Shown: piece by piece, positions 13,397 through 24,916 of the stretch | Numbering within the stretch: the first letter of the stretch is position 1 | Layout of the letters: each line of letters begins with the position of its first letter | From: Octopus sinensis | Lineage: Eukaryota | Assembly (NCBI RefSeq): GCF_006345805.1 | Contig: NW_021834951.1 | Span: 2,287 to 66,286 of the forward strand | DNA: 64,000 nt | Direction: 5' to 3' | Position numbers and translations under genes: made by a program | The notes under the pieces: generated by a model | What the model saw: the letters and a program-made list of their open reading frames with translations, nothing else | What the model was told of the DNA's origin: nothing | Databases searched by the model: none

Positions 13397-13528
13397 GCTA
13401 TTTCTTTACTGCCCGCAAGGGGCTAAACAACAGAGGGACAAACAAGGACAGACATAGGTATTAAGTCGATTACATCGACCCCAGTGCGTAACTGGTACTT
13501 AATTTATCGACCCCGAAAGGATGAAAGG
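13397..13528 (-). mobile_element. 5'-truncated SINE family B
   Basis: ctatttctttactgcccgcaaggggctaaac...gaccccagtgcgtaactggtact...gaaaggatgaaagg. Confidence 0.9.
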
Positions 13529-13739
13529 TTGCCGGACGGTAGGCATGTTGATATAGCGTGCACCGAGTAATACAGGGGATAACCATAGCTCCCTTTTGTG
13601 TGTGTGTTTGCGCGCGCCAACCACTGCCATCTATATATGTTTGCGCACGTGTTTACGTGGAAACGCGCCAGTTTTTGCGCGCGTTCCATCAGACGTGTGT
13701 ATAACGGACCGTGCGCGTGTAGGAACGCGTGTGGGTGTA

Positions 13740-13779
<40 letters not shown>

Positions 13780-13861
13780 ACGTCAGAGCCGTGTGTATGT
13801 GAATGCATGCCTCTCTGACTGCACTGTGTAGTTACTTGCAGTCGTGTATGAGGAAGAGAGA

Positions 13862-13898
<37 letters not shown>

Positions 13899-14354
13899 TG
13901 TGTATATACGTATATATATGCGAGTCTAAGCATCCGTGTGTCGTGTGTATGCAGATGCAGGACCGTATGAACGTGTATGTGTTTGTGTTGTGTGTGTGAG
14001 CGTGCATGTATGGTTATGTAGTGGTTACGGAGGAGCAGGATGAGGGAGAAGGGGACAAGAGGTGTGTGTAGAAGGAGGGGGAAAGATGCCGTGGACAAAC
14101 ACTTCCAGGCTAACGAAACGGAACAATTAGGAAGTTGTGATGGGATGCTATGGACACGGCAACAGCCTTTCTGCTGCTATTCGCCCGACCAACACGGCGG
14201 CAAACAATCGTCACACCATAAATGCGTGAGGGAGGGAAGGGGCAGGAAGGGAAAAAGAGAGAAAGAGGGAGGTAGGGAGAGAGAGAAAGAGGGAGGAAGG
14301 GAGAAAGAAAGAGAGAGGTCAAATGAGATTCAATAAAAAAAATACATATTTTTT

Positions 14355-14523
14355 TCTTTTATTTTGTTTCAGTCATTTGACTGTGGCCATGCTGGAGCAC
14401 CGCCTTCAGTCGAACAAATCGACCCCAGGACTTATTCTTTGTAAGCGTAGTTCTTATTCCATCGTTTTCTTTTGCCGAATCGTTAAGTTACATCGGTAAT
14501 CATACAATCGTGAGGGACGAACA

Positions 14524-14530
<7 letters not shown>
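14355..14530 (-). mobile_element. 3' half of SINE family A
   Basis: tttcagtcatttgactgtggccatgctggagcaccgcc...gaccccaggacttattc. Confidence 0.85.
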
Positions 14531-14574
<44 letters not shown>

Positions 14575-14789
14575 TATATATATATATATATATATGGAAA
14601 TATATAATATAGATGCATAAACAAAAGCATGAATAACCTGTGTGTGTGTGTGTGTGTATGCACACAAATACTCAAACATAAACACATACAAAAAACATAC
14701 ATATATACACCACACACATCCAATGGAATGTATCCCTTCCATAGAAAACGGAAGAGCAGACCCATGGTCAAGAGATGACGATCAGTTGG

Positions 14790-15745
14790 TAAATTAGGAC
14801 TGAAGAGATGTAAGCTTTCGTCATTTCATCCCATTTTCCTCCAGGTCCATTTCTAAGCGAAGCTAGCCATCCTGATCGTAACCTCGTCTCCGTGCCTGTT
14901 CACCTCGAGGGCGATCTGAACCAGGCTTCGAGAAGGTTAAACCGGGACGTCTGTCCAACATGCCACGGCACTCTCTGACGGACGGCAGACACCTGCCTCT
15001 CTGGGTGCCGAGCTACGAGTCCACCGATCTGTCGAGGTTATTTTTGCTCCTTTCATTGATCCGTGTTCTTTCTGAACGGTGCAGACCGCTGTGTAGATCG
15101 ATGGTCTCCAATCTCCAATAAGACGACGGTGACGTCATCTGCGTATATCGATACGGTTCGTCAATGCTTGTCAACTGTCCAATCTTCCATTGAAGTGTCT
15201 AGAGCAGCGGTTCACAAATGCGGCTCCCAGGACTGCATGTGACCCTCAAGCATACTTCCAGCTCCCCACTTCAATGGGCTTCCTTCTATAAGTATAATAA
15301 TTTTTTTCTTTAACTGACTCGTGTCTTAAATTTTTGTTTTTTGTGTGTGCAGATTCCTAAAAAATCTAGTTTTAGATCTGACCTGGATATCAAAAAGGTT
15401 GGGAATCACTGGTCAAGAAAACCAATACACGTGACAGGACACCTCTGATGGACTGAATGCGGTGGCCGTTTATTTTGACAACAGAGCAAATCCCGCTGCG
15501 AATTGCAATGATGCAGCCTGTGAAACCGGTCGCTTTAAGAAAGGCTGCCAACCTTATCGAAAGAATTTCGTCTGAGCCACATTTCTCAAGGTTTCACCAA
15601 AGCCAGCCCTGTTTCCTTTCTGATACACTGCATGAGGTGGAGGTTGCCATCGATACACCTGCTCAGGATCGTGCACTTCTGCGTTTCTTCGACCGCTGAT
15701 AACAATCACCAATCTCTTCGCTAACACGTCGGTCAGAATCGAAGT
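14790..15745 (-). pseudogene. Decayed L1/Tx1-clade LINE reverse transcriptase fragment
   Basis: Minus strand gives ILTDVLAKRL (~15740-15710), IDGNLHLM, FDKV, VVKINGH and SIYADDVTV (YADD at 15134-15145), with frameshifts; interrupted by a MITE. Confidence 0.8.
15205..15411. mobile_element. hAT (Charlie-like) MITE inserted in the LINE fragment
   Basis: TIRs cagcggttcacaa / ttgggaatcactg, with 8-bp TSD-like flanks gtctagag / gtcaagaa (nTCTAGAn type). Confidence 0.7.
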
Positions 15746-16236
15746 CACTATTACACGAACAGATAAACTAAATAGTATTTCCAGTATTCTGTTGTGTCTG
15801 GGGAGAGTCATTTTCTTTTTGTGCCTTATTATGTAACACACTCACCAGTAAAATTTCCACTTATTCCTAATTTTTATTGTCCTAAAATTTTCGTTGCGTC
15901 TTGCAACCTTTTCAATAGTTTTGACTCTCCAAAAACGAAATATTTCCAGTATGTAGAGCGTATATTTATAATAATTAGTTTAAGAACTTATTTTATTTTA
16001 TTTTTTTATGTAAAAGAAATTACAAATGCATGTTCTTCAACTTAATTAAACCTTGAAATAATTACCTCCCCATGATGATAAATTCATCAGAAGCAAATCA
16101 TGTGTTCATTAAGTCTACAGTATTTAGTATGTATATATAAATAGTAGTTAGTGTATATATTTAGAATATTTAGTATGTATATATAAATAGTAGTTAGTGT
16201 ATATATTTAGAATATTTAGTATTTAAAATAAATATC

Positions 16237-16275
16237 AACACGACGTTTCGACAGTCCATCGTCATCATACATGTT
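16237..16275 (-). ncRNA. Degenerate minimal hammerhead-like motif
   Basis: Minus strand: AACAT-gt-ATGATGA-c-GAT ggact GTC-GAAA-CG-TC-GTGTT. C3 is mutated and the stem I register is imperfect. Confidence 0.35.
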
Positions 16276-16407
16276 ATCAGTGAAAATCCACATATGTTAC
16301 ACTAGAATGTAATTCACATATTCAGGAAATGGAACTGTTTTGGCTCTGTGTGTGTATGTGTAAGTGTGTATAACTATAATCTTTAACAAATCCCTAATTT
16401 TGTCCAC

Positions 16408-16632
16408 GGGGATCTGGCGTAGTGGTTAAGAGCGCGGGCTACTAACCCCAATATTCTGAGTTCGATTCCAGGCAGTGAATAATAGTAACATCGAAAAATA
16501 CCATAAGAATGAGAACTCAGGTTCGAAATTTCCCCAAGACACCTGATGAAAGCTGGAGGGTACATCAGCCGAAGCGTTGTGTTAACAACAAACGAGACGA
16601 GGACAAATATCCGTCAAATGCAAATAATGTAA
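16408..16632 (+). mobile_element. tRNA-headed SINE-like element carrying a hammerhead motif
   Basis: A box tggcgtagtgg (16415-16425), anticodon-like arm cggg-ctactaa-cccc, B box gagttcgattcc (16458-16469), then an HHR motif at 16538-16583. Confidence 0.75.
16538..16583 (+). ncRNA. Type I minimal hammerhead ribozyme motif (A15.1G variant)
   Basis: GACAC-CTGATGA-aa-GCTG gagggtacat CAGC-c-GAAG-CG-TT-GTGTT: 5-bp stem I, 4-bp stem II, loopless CG stem III, GUU site. Confidence 0.7.
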
Positions 16633-16992
16633 AGATAACACTTGATGTTGTGGAGTGGATATGTGTGTGTGCGAGGGGAGCGGTCATGTGAATGAACAAC
16701 CGGGAAAGACTGGAGCATATTCTGGAAGTATTAAATTAAATATTACTCGTGAAATATTACTGTTCTCCTTCTCCTTAATAAATAAAGAAAAAGTTGTCAG
16801 TATTTACGAGACCCATAAACATTGGCCCTGTCTTCTGTTACAATTACGACCTGACGTGAGAGTCATCGCCGCCAATGGTTCCCAATGCCATGGCCACCCA
16901 TTACCACAAATCAAGGAACTTCACGATTCGTTTTCTAGTTTTTAAATATTTAAATTTAAAAAAAAGAAAAACATAAATTTTAATTAAATCTT

Positions 16993-17220
16993 ATCTTTAC
17001 TACCTACAAGGGGCTAAACACAGAGAGGACAAACAAGGACAGACAAGCGGATTAAGTCGATTATATCGACCCCAGTGCGTAACTGGTACTTATTTAATCG
17101 ACCCGAAAGGATGAAAGGCAAAGTCGACCGCGGCGGAATTTGAACTCAGAACGTAACGGCAGACGAAATACGGCTACGCATTTCGCTCGGCACGCTAACG
17201 TTTCTGCCAGCTCGCCGCCT
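16993..17220 (-). mobile_element. Full-length SINE family B with 17-bp TSD
   Basis: Head aaggcggcgagctggcagaaacgttagc, B-box-like gagttcaaattcc and tail ...gccccttgtaggtagtaaag. ataaattttaattaaat is repeated at 16973-16989 and 17222-17238. Confidence 0.92.
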
Positions 17221-17344
17221 TATAAATTTTAATTAAATTAACGTTTGTTTTTGCGTGTTGTAAATGCTGTGTTGTGGTCCTGATGCCTCTCAATGTTTCC
17301 TGTGTAACACACTTTCAAATATTTCAAAAATAAAAGATTTCCTC

Positions 17345-17620
17345 GAGTGTGGCAGTGTGGTAGGTAGTTTGTTTCCCCAGTCACGTGGTTTTAGGTTCCG
17401 TCCACACTGCGTGACACCTTGGGCAAGTATCTCCTACGATAGCCCCGAGCCGACCAAAGACTTCGGAGTGGATTTGGCAGACAGAAACTGTGTGTCTGTT
17501 TATCTGTCACTGTCTCCTCACCACTTGACAACTGGTGTTGGTTGGTTTACGTCCCTCAACTAAAACCCTTCAAGGCGGCACTTCAGCATGACCACAGTCC
17601 AATGACTGAAACAAATAAAT
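17345..17620 (+). mobile_element. Degenerate SINE family A
   Basis: cactgcgtgacaccttgggcaagt...gtggatttggcagacagaaactg...aatgactgaaacaa. Confidence 0.75.
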
Positions 17621-18199
17621 GTGCGATACATTTAAAGGGTATATAGCAACACTTTGTGAGTTTTTACCCTGGTATGCATGTCGTTTTAGGTCTTCGTAAA
17701 TATAAATCTTATTTGCCTTTATTGCTTTTTATTAATAAATAAATGCCACAAGATTTAATTTGGATTGTTATTTAGAGTAAAATAAACGAGTAAGGAAATG
17801 TCGTTTGTCACGCAACACTGCCAGAACGTCTCGGTTGATAGATATGTCACATAAATGGAACGGGTATACTTAGCGTTTGACCATAACCACATAGTCTGAG
17901 ATTTCCCTGAAAGCATAATATATAGGGATAGTCACGTGTCTGATTGGTTTGATCTATTCAGTGTGTGTCGGAACAACATTGAAATAGGATTAGGAAAGTT
18001 TACGTTACAAATATTAATCTTGTCTCCCATGTATTCGGCATCTACAGGAGAGCTGTGTTTCACTGACATTGTGGAACATTACGCATACATATTTGAGTAT
18101 ATATTCTTGCCTGCGCGTGCGCACACACACATCAGATCCATTGCTTGGTGTGATGGCTACATAGACGATGGAAGAAAAATACCTTCAGGACCACAACAC

Positions 18200-18458
18200 A
18201 GAGTTGCCGAAGCATGGAACAAACTGCCTGCATCGGTTGTTAGTTGCCGGAGCACTGCATCCTTCAACACTTCCATGCTTCCTGAGAGATTCGCCAACAC
18301 TACACCTGATTTCCTCCCCTCCATACACACGCAAGCATGTATCTGACTCATACATTGTTCACTTTCCAGACATTTGTACATTACTGCATATACTTTATAC
18401 GCACTTTCTGACAAGTTGTGGTGCACCTGAGCACTGTATACAATAATTTCATTATTAT
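18200..18458 (+). mobile_element. CR1-clade LINE 3' end
   Basis: Encodes RVAEAWNKLPASVVSCRSTASF, matching the CR1 ORF2 C-terminal WNxLP..VV....SF motif, followed by a 3' UTR ending in (ATT)n. Confidence 0.8.
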
Positions 18459-18671
18459 ATTTTTATCCTAGCTACAACGTGGGCAAAAATAACCAGGCGA
18501 TTCCGTGATAGCAGCAATATGGATGGGCACCGCTGGAAGGAGCAACATTTGTCGGAAAGTGACGAAATTATGAAGAAAATGTGCCGGAGAGCAAGCTGTA
18601 ACACACACAACACACACATTTGCGCATTATATATTGTTGTCTGTATGTGTGTGTGCGTATTTATATATGTG

Positions 18672-18968
18672 AAGGCACCGTTGTCTAGTGGTTAGGGCAT
18701 TACACTCACGATCACCAGACCACGGTTTCGCTTCCCAGAGCGGCAATACTTTGTGTTCTTGGGCAAAACAGATCATTTCACGTTACTCCAGTACACTCAG
18801 CTGTAAATAGGTAACCATACGACTGACTGGTGTTCTGCTCAGGCAGGAAAGTTGTCCTGTCCGCCCAGCCAGTGGGGTGGCATCACTCGAAAAGCTACAA
18901 CAATGCGAGGAAGCGCATTGTGACCAGCAGTGTGTAACAACATCCGATAATCTGGTCGCTACAGTGAT
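18672..18968 (+). mobile_element. Degenerate tRNA-derived SINE
   Basis: Head ...gtctagtggttagggc...ggtttcgcttcc, then cttgggcaaaac and cactcagctgtaaataggta. Confidence 0.65.
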
Positions 18969-19044
18969 ATATGTGTGTATGTGTATGTGTGTGTGTGTGG
19001 TGTGTGTGAAGGCATGTTTGTTTATATATATATATTTATATATG

Positions 19045-19265
19045 TTTCTTTATTACCCACAAGGGGCTAAACACAGAGGGGACAAACAAGGACAGACAAA
19101 CGGATTAAGTCGATTACATCGACCCCAGTGCGTAACTGGTACTTATTTAATTGACCCCAAAAGGATGAAAGGCAAAGTCGACCTCGGCGGAATTTGAACC
19201 CAGAACGTAGCAGCAGACGAAATACCGCTAAGCATTTCGCCCGGCGTGCTAACGTTTTTACCAGC
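19045..19265 (-). mobile_element. SINE family B
   Basis: Near-identical to 16993-17220. Confidence 0.92.
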
Positions 19266-19879
19266 TATATAAACACACCCACACCCAAACTCAGAGCTTC
19301 TACGCTTTTCATATGCAGAGAAAAAGACGAGTTCGCCATTTGTCTGTTGCTACTCAGAGGAGACGTGTCCAGTCCACTCCCCAATCGCCACTACATAAAG
19401 CAAACGCAAATACAAAAGAAATTACGGTTTATTAAAAAACGTTTTATGCACAACACAGTGAATATTAGGAAGTATAGCTGTGAGAGGAAATTGTAAGAAT
19501 GTAAAAACAGTCTTTATATTTTCGATGTGTGATGGTGGTGGCTGGAAGTGAGTAATCTCCTGACAGACGTTTCATAAATGTATTGACCGCTCCTATCTAT
19601 CTATCTATCTATCTATCTACACATACATGCATACATACATACATACATTACATAAACACATACATACATGTACACACGTGTGTATGTGTTTGTATGTACG
19701 TATATATCTATATATCTATCTCTCTATCTGTCTATACATACATACATGTTTGTATCTATCTATCTATCTATCTATGACTAGATAGAATGTTTATATTTAA
19801 GAGAGAAATCAAAAACTAACATGTTTATTGTGGATGAATGGGTGGATGGGGGGGGGCGGTCGAGTAAAAAAGAGAAAGA

Positions 19880-20041
19880 CGACAGACAGACAGGCATACA
19901 GACAGAAAGAAAGTAGAAGACAGATAGGTAGTTGAATGCAAAAGTGGATGGATAGACATACCGACGGATGGATGGATGGGTAGACAGATAGATAGAGAGA
20001 CAGACAGATAGATAGACCGACAGACGGACGGACGGACGGAC

Positions 20042-20121
<80 letters not shown>

Positions 20122-20351
20122 GGATAGATGGATGGATGGATGGATGGATGGATGGATGGATGGATGGATGGATGGATAGATGGATGGATAGATGGATGGA
20201 TGGATGGATAGGTAGACAGACAAGCAGACATACAGACAGACAGACAGATAGATAGATAGACAGATAGGTAGGTAGATAGATAGATAGATATAGAGATAGA
20301 TAGATAGATAGATAGATAGAGAGATAGATAGATAAGTAGATGGATAGATAA

Positions 20352-20404
<53 letters not shown>

Positions 20405-20420
20405 CAGACAGATAGATAGA
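19880..20420. repeat. (GATA)n/(GATG)n/(GACA)n tetranucleotide array
   Basis: Seen directly; it explains the 469-aa minus-strand pseudo-ORF. Confidence 0.95.
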
Positions 20421-21574
20421 GTAATAAGGAAGAGTGTAGATAGATCGATAGAGAGCAGAGAGGGAGGTGGGTGAGAGAAGGAATAAGGAGAGGGAAGGGG
20501 ATAGGAGGGGGTAGTTTGAATTTTATTTTTCTGTGTTCGTTGTGATGGAGTGCAGAAATAACAATATGTAAGGGTATCTTTTGTGTTTAACGGGTGGATC
20601 TGAGGTGGGGTGGGGGTATTATGGGGCGGTTTGTGGCCAGTACAGCGTTTTGTGTGGGAATTCAACACGGATAAATATGGCTCTGATGAAGATGGAGGGT
20701 GGGTGGGTGGGGGTGGGGCGAAGAGTGTTGTTGTCGGAAGAAGAAGAGGATGGAGAAGGAACCAGAAACTTAACGGTCCGTACACACAATGACACAAATA
20801 CAATGACACACACACACACACAATAGCACACATACATACGCAATGACAGAAACACACACACACACACCACGATACAGACAATGATATACAGAGGCCGTTA
20901 AAAAACAATGGCGCGCGCGCGCACACACACATACACACACATACATAATACACACACACATACACACACACATACATACATACACACACACATAAATACA
21001 CACACACACACACATACATACACACACACATACACACACATACACACACACACAGTGGACAGGTAGAAAACAAACGAAAATGTAAGTAGACCCACGTGAC
21101 CGTCACCATGCCACCATCCCATGTTTGGTGTGAGCCACTTTCAATAGGGGAGGCGGGCAGCGGGATGAAATGGCGGGAAAAAAACACACAAGGAGGGAAA
21201 AGTGGCGGGGTGGGGGTGGGGGCTTTGATGGAGATTGAGAGAAAAAAGCGGGAAAATTGAAGTAAACAGCGTGTTTTTTATAGAGATAAAATGAGAGGAA
21301 ATCGAGGGAAAGAGAGAGGAAGAGGCAGGGTGGGCGGGAAAGAAAGGAGGGGAAGGCGGAGACAGGACATGACTGGAAAAGCGGGAAAAGTTGACAAAGA
21401 GAGAAAGAGAGCAGAAAGGATTGGTAAGTAGAGAGAGAGAGAGATGAGAGGGAGGAAGGGGAAGAAAGGGAGAGAAAGAAAGAGTAACCCAAAGGAGAGT
21501 CCCCAAGAAATAAGTGGATTTTATGATGAACAATGTTTTAAATCTGATGTACTTCTATAGAATGCTGTATGTAT

Positions 21575-21608
<34 letters not shown>

Positions 21609-21961
21609 CACACATGTATACATACGCACAGATATAGACAGAATAATCGGGTGGGGGTGGGATACACATACCCTCACCACCCGTCCACGCTAAACTGGGG
21701 AGTATCTCAACTGCACAAATTCTTTTTATTTCAAACTAATTTTGGTGGCGGCTTCCTTTGCAAACACACTTTTGGAGAATGTTTGAACACTTTCCCGCGT
21801 CCTTTCTCCCTCCAACCCCCTCACACACACACTCCACCGCACCTCCCCACCTTTTCCTTTCTGTCGGTTCTTTATGATCTGCGTTCAAATTCCACCGATG
21901 TTAAACCTTTACTTTTCATCGCTCCGGTCTCGATATAATAACCTACTTGGCGGGGGTCACA

Positions 21962-22180
21962 AGGCGGTCGAGCTAGCAGAATCGTTAGCACGCCGGACAA
22001 AATGCTTAGCAGCATTTTGACCGGCCTCACGTTCTGAGTACATATTCCGCTGAGGTCGACTTTACCTTTCATCCTTTCGGAGTCGATAAAACAAGGCATC
22101 AGTAGAACGGTGGGGGTGATATAATTGACTTAGCCCCCTCCCCTCAAAATTGCAGGCCTCGTTCCAAACTTTGAAATCAT
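21962..22180 (+). mobile_element. SINE family B, alternative tail variant
   Basis: aaggcggtcgagctagcagaatcgttagc...cctttcatcctttcggagtcgataaa...ccaaactttgaaatc. Confidence 0.85.
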
Positions 22181-22194
22181 AATCGCTATTGAAT

Positions 22195-22598
22195 CGCATC
22201 AGGAGTGGCTGTGTGGTAAGTAGCTTGCTTACCAACCACATGGTTCCGGGTCAGTCCCACTGCATGGCATTTGGGCAAGTGTCTTCTGCTATACCCCGGA
22301 CCGACCAATGCCTTGTGAGTGGATTTGGTAGACGGAAACTGAAAGAAGCCTGTCGTATATATATATATATATGTGTATGGGTGTTGGTGTTTGTGTGTCT
22401 GTGTTTGTCCCCCTAGCTTGCTTGACAACCGATGCTGGTGTGTTTACGGTCCCCGTCACTTAGCGGTTCGGCAAAAGAGACCGATAGAATAAGTACTGGG
22501 CTTACAAAGAATAAGTCCCGGGGTCGATTTGCTCGACTAAAGACGGTGCTCCAGCATGGCCGCAGTCAAACTGACTGAAACAAGTAAAAAAAAAGAGT
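22195..22598 (+). mobile_element. Full-length SINE family A
   Basis: A-box-like tggctgtgtgg, B-box-like ccgggtcagtccc, internal (TA)n(TG)n, tail actgaaacaagtaaaa. Confidence 0.92.
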
Positions 22599-22915
22599 AT
22601 TGGAACATGGTTGTTATTGATACGATTGTCTGTGTGTCAGAGTGTGTGCGAGAGGAGGAGAAGCGGAGTGAATTGCGCTTGGGATAGGTAACATAAGAGG
22701 AGCTTACAATGAGGTGTCACTAACGGGAAGAAATTTAGCCGTTCCAAAGATTTTTCTATCAAGTGTCAGGCGCGAACTTACGGTCCTCCAAAGAAAGAGA
22801 AGCACCGCACTCACGCGCGAGCGCGCGTGTCGATGTGTGTGTCTGGGGGGGGGGCGTGTGTGTGTTTGTGTGTGTGTGTGTGTGTGTGTATGTATTGTTG
22901 TTTGTCGAAGCTCAC

Positions 22916-22985
22916 CTGCCGCCACACGTGCTGCCGGCTGCCAGTCTTCCCTGGCGCCGCTGGTTGCAGGTTTTCTTTCCCATCG
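22916..22985 (-). other. Candidate 70-nt internal exon of an unidentified minus-strand gene
   Basis: Long polypyrimidine tract plus cccag acceptor (AG at 22987-22986) and CAG|gtgagc donor (GT at 22915-22914). GC-rich unique sequence, open in all three frames. Confidence 0.45.
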
Positions 22986-23796
22986 CTGGGACACAAGACA
23001 GGGAGAGAGAGAAAGAGAGAGACAGACAGATAGGCAGACGGAGAGAGGGAGTGAGGAAGGGGAAGTTAAGTAAAAGACATAGAGAGTGGGTGAGGAGGAG
23101 CGGGGAGTAGATATAATCAACTGTTGGTGTAGAATTGAGGGGGGTGGGAGCAGAGAAAGTAAGAGTAGAAAGGGAGAGAGTAGATGAGGGTGGTGGTGGT
23201 GTGAGAGGAGGAAGAAGAGAAACAAGGTGAGGGGAAGGAAGATAAGAGTGGGGGAGAAACACTTTGTTGACGACAGAGGAGGAGGAGGTGGTGGTGGTGA
23301 GACAATTAATGGGACCAAACTATGAACTGACCCCTTTCTTTTAATCGATTTTTGCCCCAGTACACAACTGGTACTTCGGTTAGTGACATCGAAAGGACGA
23401 CAGACAAAGCTGTCCCCGACTGGATTTGAACTCGTAGAGGAAAAAGAGCCGGAAGAAATAGCGAAAGACATTTTTACCAGATTCTCTCACGAATCGACCA
23501 ACTGGCCAAACCGGAACGTCACCCTGGTATGTGTGTGAGAGAGAGAGAGAGAGAGGGGGAGGAGTGAGAAGTATTGTATGGAGGAAAGCGGGAGTGAAAT
23601 TTATGGAGGATGTAGAAGGCGGGGGGGGGGGAAGTTGGTGCGTGGTGGGGAGAGCAAGTAAAAAAAATTCTTTGTCCTGAGTTGTGCTTACAAGGAAGCT
23701 GCAACCAATTATTCAATTCCTTGTGAGATAAGTGGGTATATATGTGAGACTCTTGTATTCGGGGTAGATTCGAACTACCACCACTGCCACCAACAT

Positions 23797-23831
<35 letters not shown>

Positions 23832-23850
23832 ATAATAATAATAATAATAA

Positions 23851-24398
23851 ATGCCCTGATGCAGTACCAGGCAGTGGCTTCTGATCTTAACTGATTGGAA
23901 GTGTTATCATGTACATTGTTTTGTCTTGGTATAAAAGATGGGCTACAGCAAATATTCTGCTCAATACCACAGATTTGCTTGTCAGTTGTTTGACCTTAAC
24001 CAGTTCAGCATGTCCCTTAGTGGCTGACGATATGTGCATCTCTGATCACGAGCAGAAGTAGTGGGGGAGCATCATAGCCGTGTGTTGAGAGGGATTCTTT
24101 GGGGTTTGAATAATTCACCTCTGGAAACATGGGTGGTTCTTTCAACATCCTTAAACAACCCTTATTCAGGGACCTTTTGAGCGGGATGGGCTACTCAACC
24201 TGAAGAAAATTCTAACTGGGCCCCACCTGTAAGGTCATGTGCTGTTTACCTTGATATGAGATCACCATGTCGCGCACATATGGTTGTGATGCATGTGCCT
24301 GGTGTACCCTTATCAGACGGGTAGTCATGATGGGTATACTGGGCTTCATATATTTTACCCCAGAGTCACTTTGATGGCATGCACTGCTCTCTCACTCA
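23851..24398. mobile_element. ~550-bp non-coding interspersed element flanked by (AAT)n
   Basis: Complex sequence bounded exactly by (AAT)n on both sides, like the Dong-type inserts; no long ORF. Repeat status is inferred from the flanks and from recollection. Confidence 0.55.
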
Positions 24399-24417
24399 AT
24401 AATAATAATAATATGAT

Positions 24418-24916
24418 GATGATTTCATTTATTTGTCACAAGGTTGAAGGATGAAAGGGACAATACAGAGACAAACAAAGTGGGGGGGGTTACATATAAT
24501 GAAATGATATAAAAAAAAGTATAGACAGAATACACGAGAAAAGAAGGGAGATATGCAGAAGCATACAAAGGTTTAAAAAAGTGTTGTGGAAGATGCTAGA
24601 GTTGTGGCCCTCCTGATACAGGAAGGCCTCTAGGGATAATAGAGGAGCCCTACTGTCCAAGATTTCTTTGAAACCCCAAGAGCAAGTGCCCTCTCTGATT
24701 CCTTCTTTCCGACTCACATGTCTACACTTAGAGAGGTACCATCCACTCTTGCCATTTTCGCAACTTACACCCACCTTTCAATAAACTCACTCGAGGACAG
24801 CACTTCCCTCTCCACTCTCAGTTTCCTTTTCAAGAGAAACTTGAAAAAGTCAATGAGAGCTCTACCAAAGAGGAATCTGTCTGTCTTCATGCCTTTCAGC
24901 TTTGACCACCAAAGTT
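24418..24916 (-). mobile_element. L1/Tx1-like LINE 3' end
   Basis: Minus strand reads LWWSKLKGMKTDRFLFGRALIDFFKFLLKRKLRVERE...FIERWV, resembling a Tx1-type ORF2 C-terminus, then a 3' UTR ending ccttgtgacaaataaatgaaat(cat)n. Confidence 0.65.

Noticed and set aside
16408-16475. Functional tRNA gene
   Set aside because: The acceptor stem does not pair and there is no poly-T terminator; interpreted as a SINE head. The same applies to the other tRNA-like heads.
19778-21187. 469-aa ORF, and the other long ORFs at 2680-3477, 22704-23471, 25854-26816 and 26113-26961
   Set aside because: These are translations of (GATA)n, (TG)n, (TA)n or (TC)n tracts that lack stop codons; no domain-like sequence.
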